61,296 nucleotides of DNA, filler included, from Vannella sp. (GCA_023345925.1; 5 parts of 5 records of this genome joined end to end with filler, not necessarily neighbours in it); one strand, 5' to 3'. Positions 46,990 to 58,921 are shown, counted from the first letter of the whole stretch. Translations and numbers: made by a program. Notes: a model not told the origin generated them from the letters alone.

Positions 46990-48918
46990 TTACTCTTTGA
47001 TAGGGCTCTGAGTAGGAGGGAAGAGAATCCCGTCACGAATAGAACTGGCCAAGTCAGAGATTGGCCTTCGAATTTGGGTCATCGTATCTCGATCTCTAAT
47101 CGTAACAGTAGCTTGGTGCGGATCCTCTGCATATTCTTGATCGGTCTGCTCATCGATGGTGATGACGAAAGGGGTGCCAACCTCATCAATGATGGAGTAG
47201 CGCTTTCCAATCGACCTTGACTTTGTGTCTTTGTGACAATTGACACCTTCTCTTGAGAGTGACTTGGACACAAAGTCCATTATTTGGAGATAAGGAGCAC
47301 TCTTCCTCATTGCCAGGATTTCACAAGTGATTGGTGCCAAATGGGTTGGCAAAGAGAGGAATGTCCGATCTGCGTCCTCTTCTCGGATCCGATAACTGTG
47401 CTCTAAGATGCAATAAAGGATGCGATTGATCCCAAAGCTTGGCTCAATCACAAATGGCACAACGTGGTATCCTGTTCGGGTGACTTGCGCCTCTACAAAC
47501 TCGAGAGCATCGCTCGTCAAACAAAAGGACTCTTCCAGTAAATTGATGTTGCAAGAACCAGACTCTTGTAAGCCTCGCTGCAAGTCAGAAAGAGAGGAAG
47601 GGGGCAGTTCGTTGAGATGTGCCAAAAGTTGTGCAGCTTTCTGTTTGAAAGTTTTGCCAAAGAGAGGTTGCTTGGCTTTGGCGGTAACAACTGTTTCCAA
47701 AACGGTTTGGCCATCAGGGAAGGGAACAAAGGCATTGAGTTGGTTGTGGCGACCACTAAATTGAGCGTGGCGCTTCAAATCGTAGTCTGTACGATTAGCA
47801 ATGCCCACACACTCAATCCACCCATATTGAGTCGTTTGAATCTCAACGTCCCAGCAATCAGAGGCATAATGGGCCATCTCATTGGAGAGATGCTGGCGGA
47901 ATCGGATTCGCTTTGGATCAATTCCATTCAGGACAAGGAACTTGTGAGTCTTGTGGATGAAATAGAGGATGATTTGGTGCGTTATGACCCCTTCTTCCAT
48001 GATTTGCTTGACACTCTTCATCTCAATAGCATCTGATGACTGTTGTTGTAGAGCAGATAGCAAAGGAAGTTCATAAGTGTCCGGTACATCACTAAATTTA
48101 GGGTGGATTGGATCACTGGGGTTGAAAAAGTACTCGAGCTCGGCCAAAGTAAACTCTCTCGTGCGGACAAGTCCTTGTCTTGCAGATGTTTCATTGCGGA
48201 AGACATTTCCAATGGAGGCCACACCAAAAGGAAGTGAGCCATCTGTCTGGCGAAGGGCATTGCCAAAGTTCATGAAGATTCCTTGGGCAAGTTCCGGGCG
48301 GAGGAAGGCATTCCGCTTCCCTTCCACTCCCATTCGAGTCTGGAACATCAAATTGAACTCAAAAGGAGCAGACAAGTCGTTTCCCGTACTTGGATTCTTG
48401 GTTAAACCAAGCTCTTTGAGTATATGAGAAGCTGCCTCAACACAGTTCTCTCCATAAATCACTTTCTGGATCTCATTCCACTTCTGCGCGCTATCCAACA
48501 CATCCTTGTTCTTCTCAAGATGGGCTTGAATGAGATGGTCCACACGGAGAGGCTCGCCAGTGACGACATCACGCACGAGCATATCTTGGAACTTCTCCAC
48601 ATGTCCAGAAGCCGTCAAAGCCACCTCTTGCATGACAGACGCTGTCTCTACAGGGAGAACATCTTCCTCTTCATCGATAAAGTGCTTACGCCAAGAGTCA
48701 AGGAGCCTCCACTTCATCTGCGTACCAAACGGCCCAAAGTCAAACAGCCCCGATGCGCTCCCGTACAGCCCCGCAGAGGGATGGAAGAAGAAGCGCCTCT
48801 TCATCGTCGAATCAAACTGTTTCACATTCTCCTCCGCCAACGGACGACAAGCATAACCCGCCCGCCCCACCCGAAAGAAGCCTTTCCCCCTTCGAGCCGG
48901 CCCCATCGCCACCAACAT
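46990..48918 (-). CDS. GARS: Glycyl-tRNA synthetase (eukaryote-type homodimeric), probable mitochondrial presequence
   Basis: SGHVEKF.D, FNLMFQT, LRPELAQGIF, REFTLAELEYF, EMAHYASDCWD, VIEPSFGINRI and SIGKRY; Arg-rich N-terminus; intronless. Confidence 0.93.
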   Translation of the reverse strand: MLVAMGPARRGKGFFRVGRAGYACRPLAEENVKQFDSTMKRRFFFHPSAGLYGSASGLFDFGPFGTQMKWRLLDSWRKHFIDEEEDVLPVETASVMQEVALTASGHVEKFQDMLVRDVVTGEPLRVDHLIQAHLEKNKDVLDSAQKWNEIQKVIYGENCVEAASHILKELGLTKNPSTGNDLSAPFEFNLMFQTRMGVEGKRNAFLRPELAQGIFMNFGNALRQTDGSLPFGVASIGNVFRNETSARQGLVRTREFTLAELEYFFNPSDPIHPKFSDVPDTYELPLLSALQQQSSDAIEMKSVKQIMEEGVITHQIILYFIHKTHKFLVLNGIDPKRIRFRQHLSNEMAHYASDCWDVEIQTTQYGWIECVGIANRTDYDLKRHAQFSGRHNQLNAFVPFPDGQTVLETVVTAKAKQPLFGKTFKQKAAQLLAHLNELPPSSLSDLQRGLQESGSCNINLLEESFCLTSDALEFVEAQVTRTGYHVVPFVIEPSFGINRILYCILEHSYRIREEDADRTFLSLPTHLAPITCEILAMRKSAPYLQIMDFVSKSLSREGVNCHKDTKSRSIGKRYSIIDEVGTPFVITIDEQTDQEYAEDPHQATVTIRDRDTMTQIRRPISDLASSIRDGILFPPTQSPIKE

Positions 48919-48983
48919 CCCGCCAAGAGCCAATGAAAGGGGAAATGCGAGGGAAATGCAAATGAATCATTATTTATCGTCTT

Positions 48984-49589
48984 ATGAAGGCGGGTGGGCT
49001 TGTTGGAGCGGCGGGGTTTAGTGTTTGCGTGTTGGCCTGGAGCTTTCAGATGGTATCGGTGAAGCCGTTGGGGATAACAAGTCAACTGGTGGAAGATGTA
49101 GCTCTTTGTGCTCATGCGGAGGGGTGGGAAGGGGCGTTGCCGCTGGTGCTTCGGTTCTTTGTAGTGTTGATTGCTCATGTCGTGGCTTTTGGTGGTGTTC
49201 GCGGGGCTTTCTTTCATCTGTTTCCTCCTGGGAGCTTCTTTGATGTCATGCAAGGCTGTGAGATACTCCCTGTCCTCAATCCAGTCCTGGATCTGACCAA
49301 AAGTGTCATCCTCCTCCTTGAATCGTCACACAGCACAGCCACGATGCTTCACTGGCGATTCCTTCACACATGGCTAGACTCTGTCCATCGGATAACCTTT
49401 GGATGCACTCTCTTCCTCCTCCTCTTCTCTGTCATCCTGATGGGACTTTCCTTCACTTTCCCTCCCCGAGCCCCCGAGCCCGAGCCCGAGCCCAACCCGG
49501 AGTCAGACACATGGAAAGTAGCCAAGCCATCAACCCACATCCCCGCCACGCCTCCAGAGAGCTCTGAACCAAGCGTTACAGAAGAATGA
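48984..49589 (+). CDS. Hypothetical multi-pass membrane protein
   Basis: 201-aa ORF with ~3 hydrophobic segments and a PE-repeat tail; TCATT just upstream of the ATG. Confidence 0.5.
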   Translation: MKAGGLVGAAGFSVCVLAWSFQMVSVKPLGITSQLVEDVALCAHAEGWEGALPLVLRFFVVLIAHVVAFGGVRGAFFHLFPPGSFFDVMQGCEILPVLNPVLDLTKSVILLLESSHSTATMLHWRFLHTWLDSVHRITFGCTLFLLLFSVILMGLSFTFPPRAPEPEPEPNPESDTWKVAKPSTHIPATPPESSEPSVTEE

Positions 49590-49747
49590 AAGACCTTGAA
49601 GCGTCTCTCTCCCGTCTCTCTCTCACAAGGAGGCTGTCACTCAGACAGACACAAGACCAAGGAGTGGTTCTAACGTGTAGATACCCAAAAGGACTGCCAA
49701 GGGAAGGGGATTCCGGAAAGTTTCTCATTTGCGAGAGGACCCGACGG

Positions 49748-51262
49748 ATGAGCCACTTCTCCAAGGACTTTGATCAGGAGGCCAATTGGGAAGCTCAGAG
49801 TGATGAACTAGATGCTTTGGGAGCTATTTATGAGGAGGAAATGGCGGAGAGGAGTGGTGTGGACGTGCTGGGGGAGTCTCGGAGTGTCCTACTGATCCTT
49901 CCGGTTCTTTTACCAGAGGAGGGCGCTATCTTCCGTGTTTGTGATGTGAATGATGGTCAAAGACAGTTTTTGGGATGCTATACCTTCTTTCATGTGCACC
50001 CCATCACGATTACCTTCACTTTACCTCCAAAGTATCCCGATCCCTCTCCACCTCTGTTCACTGTGTCCACTGCTTGGCTTGGAAGCCCGCACTTTGATCT
50101 TCTGTGTCGAGAATTAGATAGGTTATGCGAAGAAGGAGCTGGAAGTCCTCTCCTATTCACACTTTGTGACTGGGTGCAACATGACTTTGTTCCTTTCCTC
50201 CTTTCTGCCTTCCCAGAGGGCATCGAAATCACACAAAACACATCAGATGGAGATACAAGAGGTATTCAACAATGTTATTCTTTGGCAGACACTGCAATGA
50301 GCTTACTCCAGTACAATCGAGAGACTTCTGAATTCGTATTCCGGCAATCTTCGCAGACTTGCACCCTTTGCTACGAAGAGCGTGACGGCAATCTCTTTGA
50401 TTTCCTTCCGTGCTGCCGACAGCCATTTTGCCGAGAATGCATTCAAGATATGTGCTCTCGGCTGACCAAGTCGGGAAGTGTTGAGCTTCTGATGTGCCCT
50501 TCTTGCACCAAGGACTTTCACCCTAATTTCCTTCAGCAATATCTCAGCAAAGAAGAAATGGAACGATGGGACCGCTTGACGCTCCAAAGGTCGCTAGATG
50601 CAATGGAAGACGTCCATTATTGCCCGCGTTGTGATGCGTTGGCAATCTCTGACGAAGATCACTTTGCGCAGTGCCAGAAGTGTCATTACACCTTCTGTAG
50701 TAGATGCCGCGATAATTATCACAATAACTCATCCTGTGATGAGATGGCCGCTGTGATGAAGCAAGTTTCTCATTCTCAGGATCGAGAAAACGAGTTAAAG
50801 AGCCTTCGAGCCATCTTACGACAAGCCCGTAAGTGTCCGAAATGCAATATCTACATCAGCAGGGCTTCTGGGTGCAATAAGATGACTTGCACGCAGTGCA
50901 AAGGCTTCTTTTGCTATTCTTGTGGGAAAGCTATTAACGGCTACGACCACTTTAACACAACTCCAGGCCCGGGAATGGGTCGGAGTGGCGGTTGTAAGGT
51001 GTTTGATGAAGTCACAGACGATATGCTGTACTTCTACGCGAATGTCCAGGCCAACCAAAACCCCGAAGGCGATGGAATGAGGCCTTTCGACTTCAATCGA
51101 CGGAAGCCCTGCCCCTTTTGCGGGCAGCACAACTATAAGCAAGGGCGTAACAACGATATCTGTTGCTACCACTGCCGCAACCACTATTGCTTCCAATGCA
51201 CTGCCAAGATCAAAGGAACCTCCCACTTCAACACTTCCACTTGTTTGCAACACTCCAACTGA
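49748..51262 (+). CDS. RWD + RBR E3 ubiquitin ligase (RNF14-like)
   Basis: EAQSDELDALGAIY, LPPKYP (RWD), RING1, IBR, RING2 (CPKC..ISRASGCNKMTC) and an extra Cys cluster. The ORF opens at 49586, but ATG 49748 fits the family start and has TCATTT upstream. Confidence 0.9.
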   Translation: MSHFSKDFDQEANWEAQSDELDALGAIYEEEMAERSGVDVLGESRSVLLILPVLLPEEGAIFRVCDVNDGQRQFLGCYTFFHVHPITITFTLPPKYPDPSPPLFTVSTAWLGSPHFDLLCRELDRLCEEGAGSPLLFTLCDWVQHDFVPFLLSAFPEGIEITQNTSDGDTRGIQQCYSLADTAMSLLQYNRETSEFVFRQSSQTCTLCYEERDGNLFDFLPCCRQPFCRECIQDMCSRLTKSGSVELLMCPSCTKDFHPNFLQQYLSKEEMERWDRLTLQRSLDAMEDVHYCPRCDALAISDEDHFAQCQKCHYTFCSRCRDNYHNNSSCDEMAAVMKQVSHSQDRENELKSLRAILRQARKCPKCNIYISRASGCNKMTCTQCKGFFCYSCGKAINGYDHFNTTPGPGMGRSGGCKVFDEVTDDMLYFYANVQANQNPEGDGMRPFDFNRRKPCPFCGQHNYKQGRNNDICCYHCRNHYCFQCTAKIKGTSHFNTSTCLQHSN

Positions 51263-51361
51263 CCTCCCAATCATAACAAATTAACTTTATTCAGTTTTAA
51301 CATTATTAGGAAAGTTCTGATTGTTTTGGGCGTTTTCGTCATTCTTTGTCCTCCCTCTCCG

Positions 51362-51634
51362 ATGGCTGATCTCGAGACCCGTTTCAAGAAGGCTGTTGAG
51401 TTCGTGAGAAACAGCCCTGCTGGTGACTCTTCTACCGACCACAAGCTGTCTGTCTACGCTTTGTACAAGCAGGCCAACGAGGGTGATGTGACAGGCGCCC
51501 AGCCTTGGGCTGTCCAACTAGAGGCTCGTGCCAAGTGGGATGCCTGGAAGAAGGTCGAGGGAACCTCAAAGGAGGCTGCCATGGAGCAATACATTGAGAA
51601 GCTCAACGCGACTAACCCTGATTGGGAGAAGTAA
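51362..51634 (+). CDS. ACBP: Acyl-CoA-binding protein
   Basis: FKKAVEFV, KLSVYALYKQA.EGD, RAKWDAW and AMEQYI. Confidence 0.95.
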   Translation: MADLETRFKKAVEFVRNSPAGDSSTDHKLSVYALYKQANEGDVTGAQPWAVQLEARAKWDAWKKVEGTSKEAAMEQYIEKLNATNPDWEK

Positions 51635-52026
51635 ACGACGGAGTGCGAACAACAATAAACACAACGCCAAGCTCGAGCATTCGCTTTACCCTTCGTTGTC
51701 CTCCAATGCTCATCCCTTCTCTTCAGACCTACAGTGTTGAAGTCCTCCCATAATGTAGCTGAAGGACGAGGGGAATGGGACAAGTCCTCCCCTTCATTTC
51801 TTCAAACAACGAGTGGTAGTGTTACACTGTAATCTGAGCTGCGGCTGATGGACTCCATGTGTGTCAAGCCATTCGAAAATGAACGGGAAAAGGAAGCTCC
51901 TTTGCTCGCTTGCTTGTGCAAACTGGCTCGTCTTCCCTTCCCACACTCCTCTCGCGCCCTTCCTCCCCTTTCATCCTTCTCTTCCTCCAGCAACGTTCTG
52001 TTTATGAATGGAGGCTGGTGGAGTGC

Positions 52027-55000
52027 TTAGCAGGTGAGGAGATCCGGCATCGAGAGGGACTGGGAGCCTTTCACTTTGGCTTTGGTGTCAGGGAAGTAGA
52101 CGACTTCAGGTTCAATGTGCCCGTCCGCTTCCATGCGGATGGGGTAGTTCATGAGATGGCTGTGTTCCATGCTCTCCACCGTGTCCGAGGTAAAGCGGGC
52201 CCAGTTTCGTCGCCCAATGTCCGCAATCTGCCCCCACAATGAGTCGCTCGCCTTCCCAAGCGCCCTGAACGTACCAGATGAGAGCAATTGAGAGTGTTGG
52301 GAGTCAGGAACTCTGGATAGGACTGGCCAGCATGCTCACTCCAAAGAGACATGCGGAACCGATGAACGTCCCCTCGTGGCTGAGCAGCGGCCAGATAACC
52401 GGGTTGCCAGCACTCTACCGCTATCTCAGAGTCGCGGTCACCTGCCATAGAGCGTTCATTGATGTTAGCACTCCCCAGAATGATGTAGTTGTCGTCAATG
52501 ATCATCATCTTCGAGTGAACGTAGATCGGCACCCGCCGGGAGACCTTTAACGCAGCCTCTCTGGACTTGGCGGGAGGATCAGACTTCTCTGCGCGGTTGT
52601 GAATCAACTCCTCGCGTTGTCCAACACAGAGGAACTTGAGATAGTCGTTGGGGAAGGTGCAGAGCCCGGCCATTTTGATGGCGGTGTCGATGTGACGGTA
52701 CATCATAGCCATGGTGTTCCACTGCCAGCATAGTTGTTCTTGGATGGCAGCATCAAGAGGGTATCCTTCAGGGTAGAGAGGAATAAGGATGTAAGCCATC
52801 ACTGGGTTCACAGGGTCAGCCACAATGCTCTTGCCAATGCGGTCGGCAATCTCAAAGGGAATGATGTTGACACATCCAGTGTTGCGGTCGCTAATCCAAT
52901 GCTTCGAGCCGCCCATAAAGTATTGATTCTCCATGTAAATGAAGCGGTTGGCCTTGCGAATGGCCTCCACATAGTGGTACTGAATACTATTATCCACCAC
53001 TGGGATGTCCGCCGAGAAAGGATCAATGGAACGGCACAAACGCGTGCACCACGAGTTGGACTCGTGAATTTCCTCTTCCATCTCGCTGATGAACTCAGAG
53101 CCGAGATGGTACAAGTGCGTTTTGGCTTGCTTGCGCCAACGCTGCTCAAAGTTGGTCATGATGTCACGTGCAATTGGTCCTTCCAGCTTGCTGTGGATGT
53201 CATGCCAAGGCTCTCGAGGTCCGAAGCATTGCTTGAGAGCCCAGCCATGAAGGAAGTCAGTTTGATGCTCAGCATCTAATGTCTTGAAGAGCGGGTGGCT
53301 TGGAGTGTCCCAACGGCCATACGTCATGTCAAGTCCCCCCACAAAGGCGATGATTCTCCGTCGGCCCACATCCTTCTTCGGCTCTGAGATGTGAACGGAC
53401 TGAACACCAGCAACTAGCGCATCCTCTGGCTTAGGACACACATCTACACCCAAAGGAGGACGGCGAAGGCAATAGTAGCCGGTTTGCTCCTCATCAGGAG
53501 GCAACTTGTACCCATCTTGGACACAGAAGCAGCCTGTTATCAGCCCGCTGGTGCGGGGAGTGATAGAGAAGATGCTCATCTTAGGACCCCCAATGGAAGC
53601 GCGAACCTTGGCCTTGTTCGTCCACAGAGCCTTGTGGTTCTCTTCAAACACGGCGTGCCCTTGCTCCAGAGCGTCACGGTGGACGCATCGGATCAGGTTT
53701 GTAGGTGGCTGAACAGCAGAGCTTGTGGCAACAAAGCCCAGTGCCTCATAGCCCTCTGGCGCGATGGGCTTCCAGAAGACGATGGAGCCTGACTTGGAGG
53801 AGAACACTCCCGTTGGCGGCCACACTTGCGTGTAGCCTGTAGGACATGCGAGAATAGGAACTTCTCCTGGAACGTACGGAGGCTCTTGAACGACGAGCAC
53901 CTTGGTAAGGCGACCAGGCTCGGAAGAGCAGCTGCGTTCGACAAAGTCTCCGAGGATGTGCCATCCCTGTGGTGGACAGGGGCGGAAGACTGCCAAGCTG
54001 TTGGGTTGGCACCAGGTTGCATTGTCGTCCCAGATCTTAGCAAAGGTGTGCTCGCACGTCATGAAGGAAGTGATGGCGAAGCGAGCTCCGTTCGCGTTCT
54101 TCCGTCCGTAGTCGTTCTCAGTGACGGAAGTGGGAGCCAGGAAGGACATGTAGGAAGGAGCGGAGCTCATGGATGCGTAGATCTCGGTAGTCAGAGCGGG
54201 GGCATCGACAATGATAGACTTTTGGTGATGAGTCCAAAGGAACTGGTTGTCCTTGGTAGAGCCAGTGCGGTACGACAGACAGCACTCCACCCCTGTTCCA
54301 GAAAAGTATTTCTATTGCCAAAGGGGTGTCAGAAGACCCTCTCCAAAGGAGAACGAGGGAGAAGAAGCGTACTTTGGTCTCCTCATCGAAGGTGCACATA
54401 ACACCAGCGGTTTGGAAGCCTGCAATGTTGACAGAAAGAGCTTCGTCCCATACATGAAGCATCACACGGACTCCCTGGGACGCCTTGTAGCGGAGAAGCT
54501 CGCCAATTGTCATCTTCCCCGCGGGAGGTTGGTCCGTCGTTCCTTTGCATTGTTAGGTCCAGTTCGCATCTCTGGTGGTAGAGGGAGACATACCTTCTTC
54601 CTCAAAGATCGGTTTGCGGCGAAGGAGGCTGATCTTCGTGTCTACCGACCAGCCTGTGATGTAGACGAAGCGCTTGGCATCAAGAATGGCCCTGGGTGAT
54701 GTTAGAATGTAATGGTATACTGGTAGGGGCACGTACTGGTACATCTGCTCGAAGCAGTTGGGAGGGACATAGGAGGTATCGGGCATTCCGTTGTCTTTGA
54801 TGGAAAAGGGGGGATAGTCCCCTTCACAGTGGGCATCTTGGAATAGGGTGACTCTGCATCCTTTGCGCACCTCAAACTGGCTTGGCGTCAGGTCCTCTAG
54901 CTCGTAGTACTTGACCGTGGTCGTCACAGCGCTCGCCACATTGCCTGCCGTCTTCCCCCGCCATCACTCCTTCATCTTCTTCACGCTTCACCCTCACTGA

Positions 55001-55037
55001 CCTTGCCAATCACAGAGCGAAGTCCTTTCAGAGCCAT
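52027..55037 (-). CDS. Phospholipase D (plant PLD-like, two HKD motifs) with an inserted Vps62/DUF946-like domain
   Basis: GCRVTLFQDAH, VYITGWS, HHQKSIIVD, AFVGGLD..GRWD, PREPWHD.H, YMENQYF, IYVHSKMMIIDD..GSANINERS..RDSEIA. The 5' end is close to the gap, so the start is tentative. Confidence 0.92.
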
Positions 55038-55061
55038 GGCCTTCTCTCGAAATAGAGGAGA

Positions 55062-55161
55062 NNNNNNNNNNNNNNNNNNNNNNNNNNNNNNNNNNNNNNN
55101 NNNNNTTAATTAATTAANNNNNNNNNNNNNNNNNNNNNNNNNNNNNNNNNNNNNNNNNNNN
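55062..55161. other. Artificial contig spacer
   Basis: N44-TTAATTAATTAA-N44. Confidence 0.95.
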
Positions 55162-57828
55162 CTTCAGGTTGTCACCACACTGAGCCCAAGTATTAGCTCA
55201 TTGGAGCGGCAGACTAAGAAGGTGGGGAATGACCAGATTTGCTCATCTTCCTCCTCACACTCCGACAGGAAGGGAAAGCAGAATCTCGCGATCCAGACTT
55301 CAGCAACAGAGACGATAGAGAACACCCACCGATCCACAGCTCTTCAGGAGTCGAACAGGAGGACGTGTACTGCCTCGTTGATGGTGACGAGCCGCTTCTT
55401 CCGGAGGGAGCTGGAATGACACCCATCAAGCCTGTGTTCTCCTCTTCCGTCTTTGCTGCTTATGAGGCGTCCACCTACGAGGACTTTGACACAATCGGTG
55501 AGCGGAATCCTCTGCCAAGCTTTCTCTCCTCTGGGCCTCACCCTTCCTCCTCGCTCTAGATTGGATCAGAGACTCCATCTCTGATCGTGTTAAGCGTGCG
55601 CAGGTAGACGATACTATTGCGAAGGACAAGGTAGGGAGCAAGCAATCCTTCTCCCTTTCGTCCGGGCCTCACCAGAGGGACGCGTTGTAGCCTGGCAAAG
55701 TGACCAAGTTCCTCCGCAAGCTGTACCGCCAGTTCTATCGAAGCCAGGGCTGGCTGTTAGTGACCCTCCTCGCTGTCGTCTTGGGTTTCCTCGCGGGCTT
55801 TATCGACGTTGCGGTGGACTTCCTTGCTGACACTCGCTTCGGCTACTGTCGCAAAGGTGTCTTCCTCAGTCGCAAGCTCTGCTGTCAGGAAGTGGAGGCT
55901 GGAGAGTGTCCCAACTGGGAAACTTGGGGCGAAGCCATTGGCGCAGAGTCGGAGTGGGGCATCTACATCATTAACTATGCAGTGTACATTCTCTTGGCTG
56001 GTATCTTTGCAGGCCTGGCGGCCTGGTATGTCAAGTCTCTGGCCAAATGGGCGGCTGGAAGTGGTATTCCTGAGGTGAAGACCATCTTGGGAGGCTTTGT
56101 CATCCTCAAATTCAACTCCTGGCAGACCCTCTTCGTGAAAGTCCCGGGTTTAGTGCTCTCTGTGGCATCTGGTCTCAACTTAGGAAAGGAGGGTCCCCTC
56201 GTTCATGTATCTTGCTGCGTTTGCGAGGTCGTCTCTCACGCCTTCCCAAAGTACAAAGGCAATCAGGCTAAGCTGCGCGAGATGTTCTCTGCTGCAGCTG
56301 CAGCAGGAGTTTCAGTGGCTTTTGGTGCGCCCATTGGCGGCGTTCTCTTCAGCCTGGAAGAAGTTAGTTACTACTTTCCTCACAAGACAATGTGGCGCGC
56401 CTTCTTTTGTGCTTCTGTGGCTGCGGTGACACTTCAATTGATGGATCCTTTCCACAACGGGAAGCTGATTATCTTCCAAGTGGCTTACACTCACACGTAC
56501 ATGCTTTTTGAGTTTATTCCATTCATCTTCATTGCTGTATTATCCGGCGTGCTTGGTGCGTTCTTTATTCGGATGAACCTTCATATTTGCCGCTTCCGAA
56601 GGGCTAATATTGCTGCCTGGTCAATAACGGAGGCTATTAGTGAGTTCCCTGTTGTTTATCGGTATTTATTAACATTTATAATTAGTTGTTGCGATGTCTA
56701 CGGCGTTCATTAGCTATTCTAATGACTACCTGCGTGGTGGAGCATCAGAGATCATCTCTCAATTATTTTCTCAATGTGAAGAGGGCTCAATCAGCCCTCT
56801 TTGTCATATTGACACAGCTCCCACGGAAATCACAATCCTTGTTTTTGCTACTGTCATTCGCCTTCTCTTAACTATCTTCACGTTTGGTGTGAAAGTCCCC
56901 GCCGGATTGTTCATTCCCACACTGGCCGTTGGAGCCAGTATCGGACACGCTGTCGGATTGACAATGGCGTATTGGCAGAGTCAATATCCTGGATTCTGGT
57001 TGTTTTCTGAGTGCAATTCCAGCTACTGTATTGACGCTGGTGTGTATGGATTGATTGGCTCTGCGGCTATGTTAAGTGGAGTGACTCGCATGACGGTCTC
57101 TCTCGTTGTGATTATGTTCGAGATTACTGGCGATGTCCAGTATATTGTGCCAATTATGATCGTTGTAATGGTCGCCAAGTGGGTGGGAGACATGATTTGC
57201 AAGGATTCCATCTACGAAGAGCACATTCTCTACAACGAGTATCCTTTCCTGGATAACAAAGCTTCCTACCGCTTTGATGAGGTAGCCAAGACTATCATGA
57301 AGCCAAACCTCTTTGTATTAGAGCTTCGTCCGTACACAGTGAATGTAAGTTCCCACTCTCCGAGACGTCCAACGCACTTTCTCACTCGCAGGACAGGAGC
57401 TACGCGCCCATCTCGAGAACAATCTTTATACTGGATGGCCAGTCGTGACCAAGCGATCTGAAATGTATCTTGTTGGGTATATTGCTCGCTCAGAACTCCG
57501 CCACGCGTTGGAGTTCTCATGCAAGAACAACAAAAAGATTCATGGCGATAGTCTTTGCTACTTCTCTACCAAAGTCGATGAAAGAGAGGCTTTTGTAGAT
57601 CTTCGACCTTGGATGGACTCCACTCCCACGCAAGTCACTCCGAGAACGCCAGTGAACATCATCTTTGACATGTTCAAGAAGATGGGAATGCGTTACATCC
57701 TTGTGTCTTATCGTGGCCGGCTGGCTGGCATCATCACCAAGAAAGACATGCTTCAACACATTGCAGTCAAATTCCACGGCAAATTCCGCACTTTTGTTGT
57801 GCCTGATGACGTCAAGGTCACAGAATAA
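55162..57828 (+). CDS. CLC Cl-/H+ antiporter (CLC-3/4/5 group) with C-terminal CBS domains; start uncertain
   Basis: YEDFDTID, GSGIPE, GKEGP (gating Glu), LFSLEEV (proton Glu), GLFIP and GIITKKD. Confidence 0.93.
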
Positions 57829-58137
57829 GAGAAACTCTCTCCTTTTACATTCCCAACTTAATACAACGCACTTTTGATGTTTCCTGTTCCAAAAGCGGAG
57901 CATCTCGCGTTCTTCTGCGTTTCTTTTCCTATTTGTGAGCTCGACTGGAGTCTTTATGGAATCTAGAGTGAAGCTTTCAATTGCTTTACGCGAGAAAGTG
58001 TAAAAGAAATGCTCCAAAGGTCACAAGGGAGAGATGGACGGGCGGGAACAATTCTGTGAGCCAAAGCAGTCCCACTGCGCATCCAAACAACTTTAAGCGC
58101 TCTTTCATGGCTTTCCCTATGCCATGTTGTGAGAAAT

Positions 58138-58921
58138 CTACTTGCAAGTGCCACAAAACTCACTCTGTAAGGGAGAAGAAGGCAACGGAAGATTGAAAGT
58201 ACAGGATTGGTAAGAGAAGAAGCCCACAATGCCACCGTATACCATCTGACGCAAGCTATGGTAGCCTCCTGTATACGTGTTGTTGAGGTTGATGCCAGCT
58301 AAGATGACTAGGAGGAGGAATCCTGCATTCCAAAGATTGCGCTTCCACGTTATTCCATCACCCTGAGGGGTTCGGCGCATTCCTAGGAAGTAGAGCGTGC
58401 ACAGATAGAAGATAAAGTAGCAGGTATGCCCTGAGACACTGCAAGATCCCTGTCAGAGGAAGAACGAAGCAAAGCAAGCCAACGTACCTGTTCGGCTTAT
58501 GATTGCAAGCAGTGTCGTTGATGAAGTTCTTACCAAACACTACAAGAGCGTAGGTAACTATGAACCATATGATACAGTAGAGAGCATCGAAAGCCAACGG
58601 GAAGTTGAGGAACGGCACCCAGTTCTCCAACTTTCGCCTTTTCTCCCTTACACGAGCACTTGCTGGGGAGAGCACACCCTTTGGTAAAGCCTCCATCACA
58701 TCACTCTCACATAAGGGCTCCTTCCAGCACGCGAGGAACAGAGCCATGACGAAGACAAAGACTTCCGTCCAAAACATGACGAAACGGTTAAAAGCTTGCT
58801 GACTGCCTCGATCAGACCGATCCTCGTAACATCTGTTCCAGACAGAGTCTTCTTCTGGCACAAGGTGAAGGTACACGCACAACGCGACCATCCCCGCCGC
58901 AATCCAAGCGGAAGCCCGCAT
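58138..58921 (-). CDS. PAP2-superfamily membrane lipid phosphatase-like protein
   Basis: After the intron at ~58440-58486: KPN|SVSGH and TYTGGYHSLRQMVYG, resembling the PAP2 SGH and C3 His motifs; several TM helices. Confidence 0.6.

Noticed and set aside
49586..49589. ATGA start/stop overlap suggesting bacterial-style translational coupling
   Set aside because: Family homology and the Inr-like motif both point to ATG 49748 as the real start, which removes the overlap.
28540..51262. Apparent TOR/translation-control cluster (Raptor, ABCF3, PP6, GlyRS, RNF14-like)
   Set aside because: The genes are interspersed with unrelated ones and split by a contig spacer; chance in a gene-dense genome is sufficient.
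11214..55161. Recurrent palindrome TTAATTAATTAA inside N runs
   Set aside because: Identical artificial six-frame-stop spacer between contigs, not biological; it also invalidates synteny across the joins.
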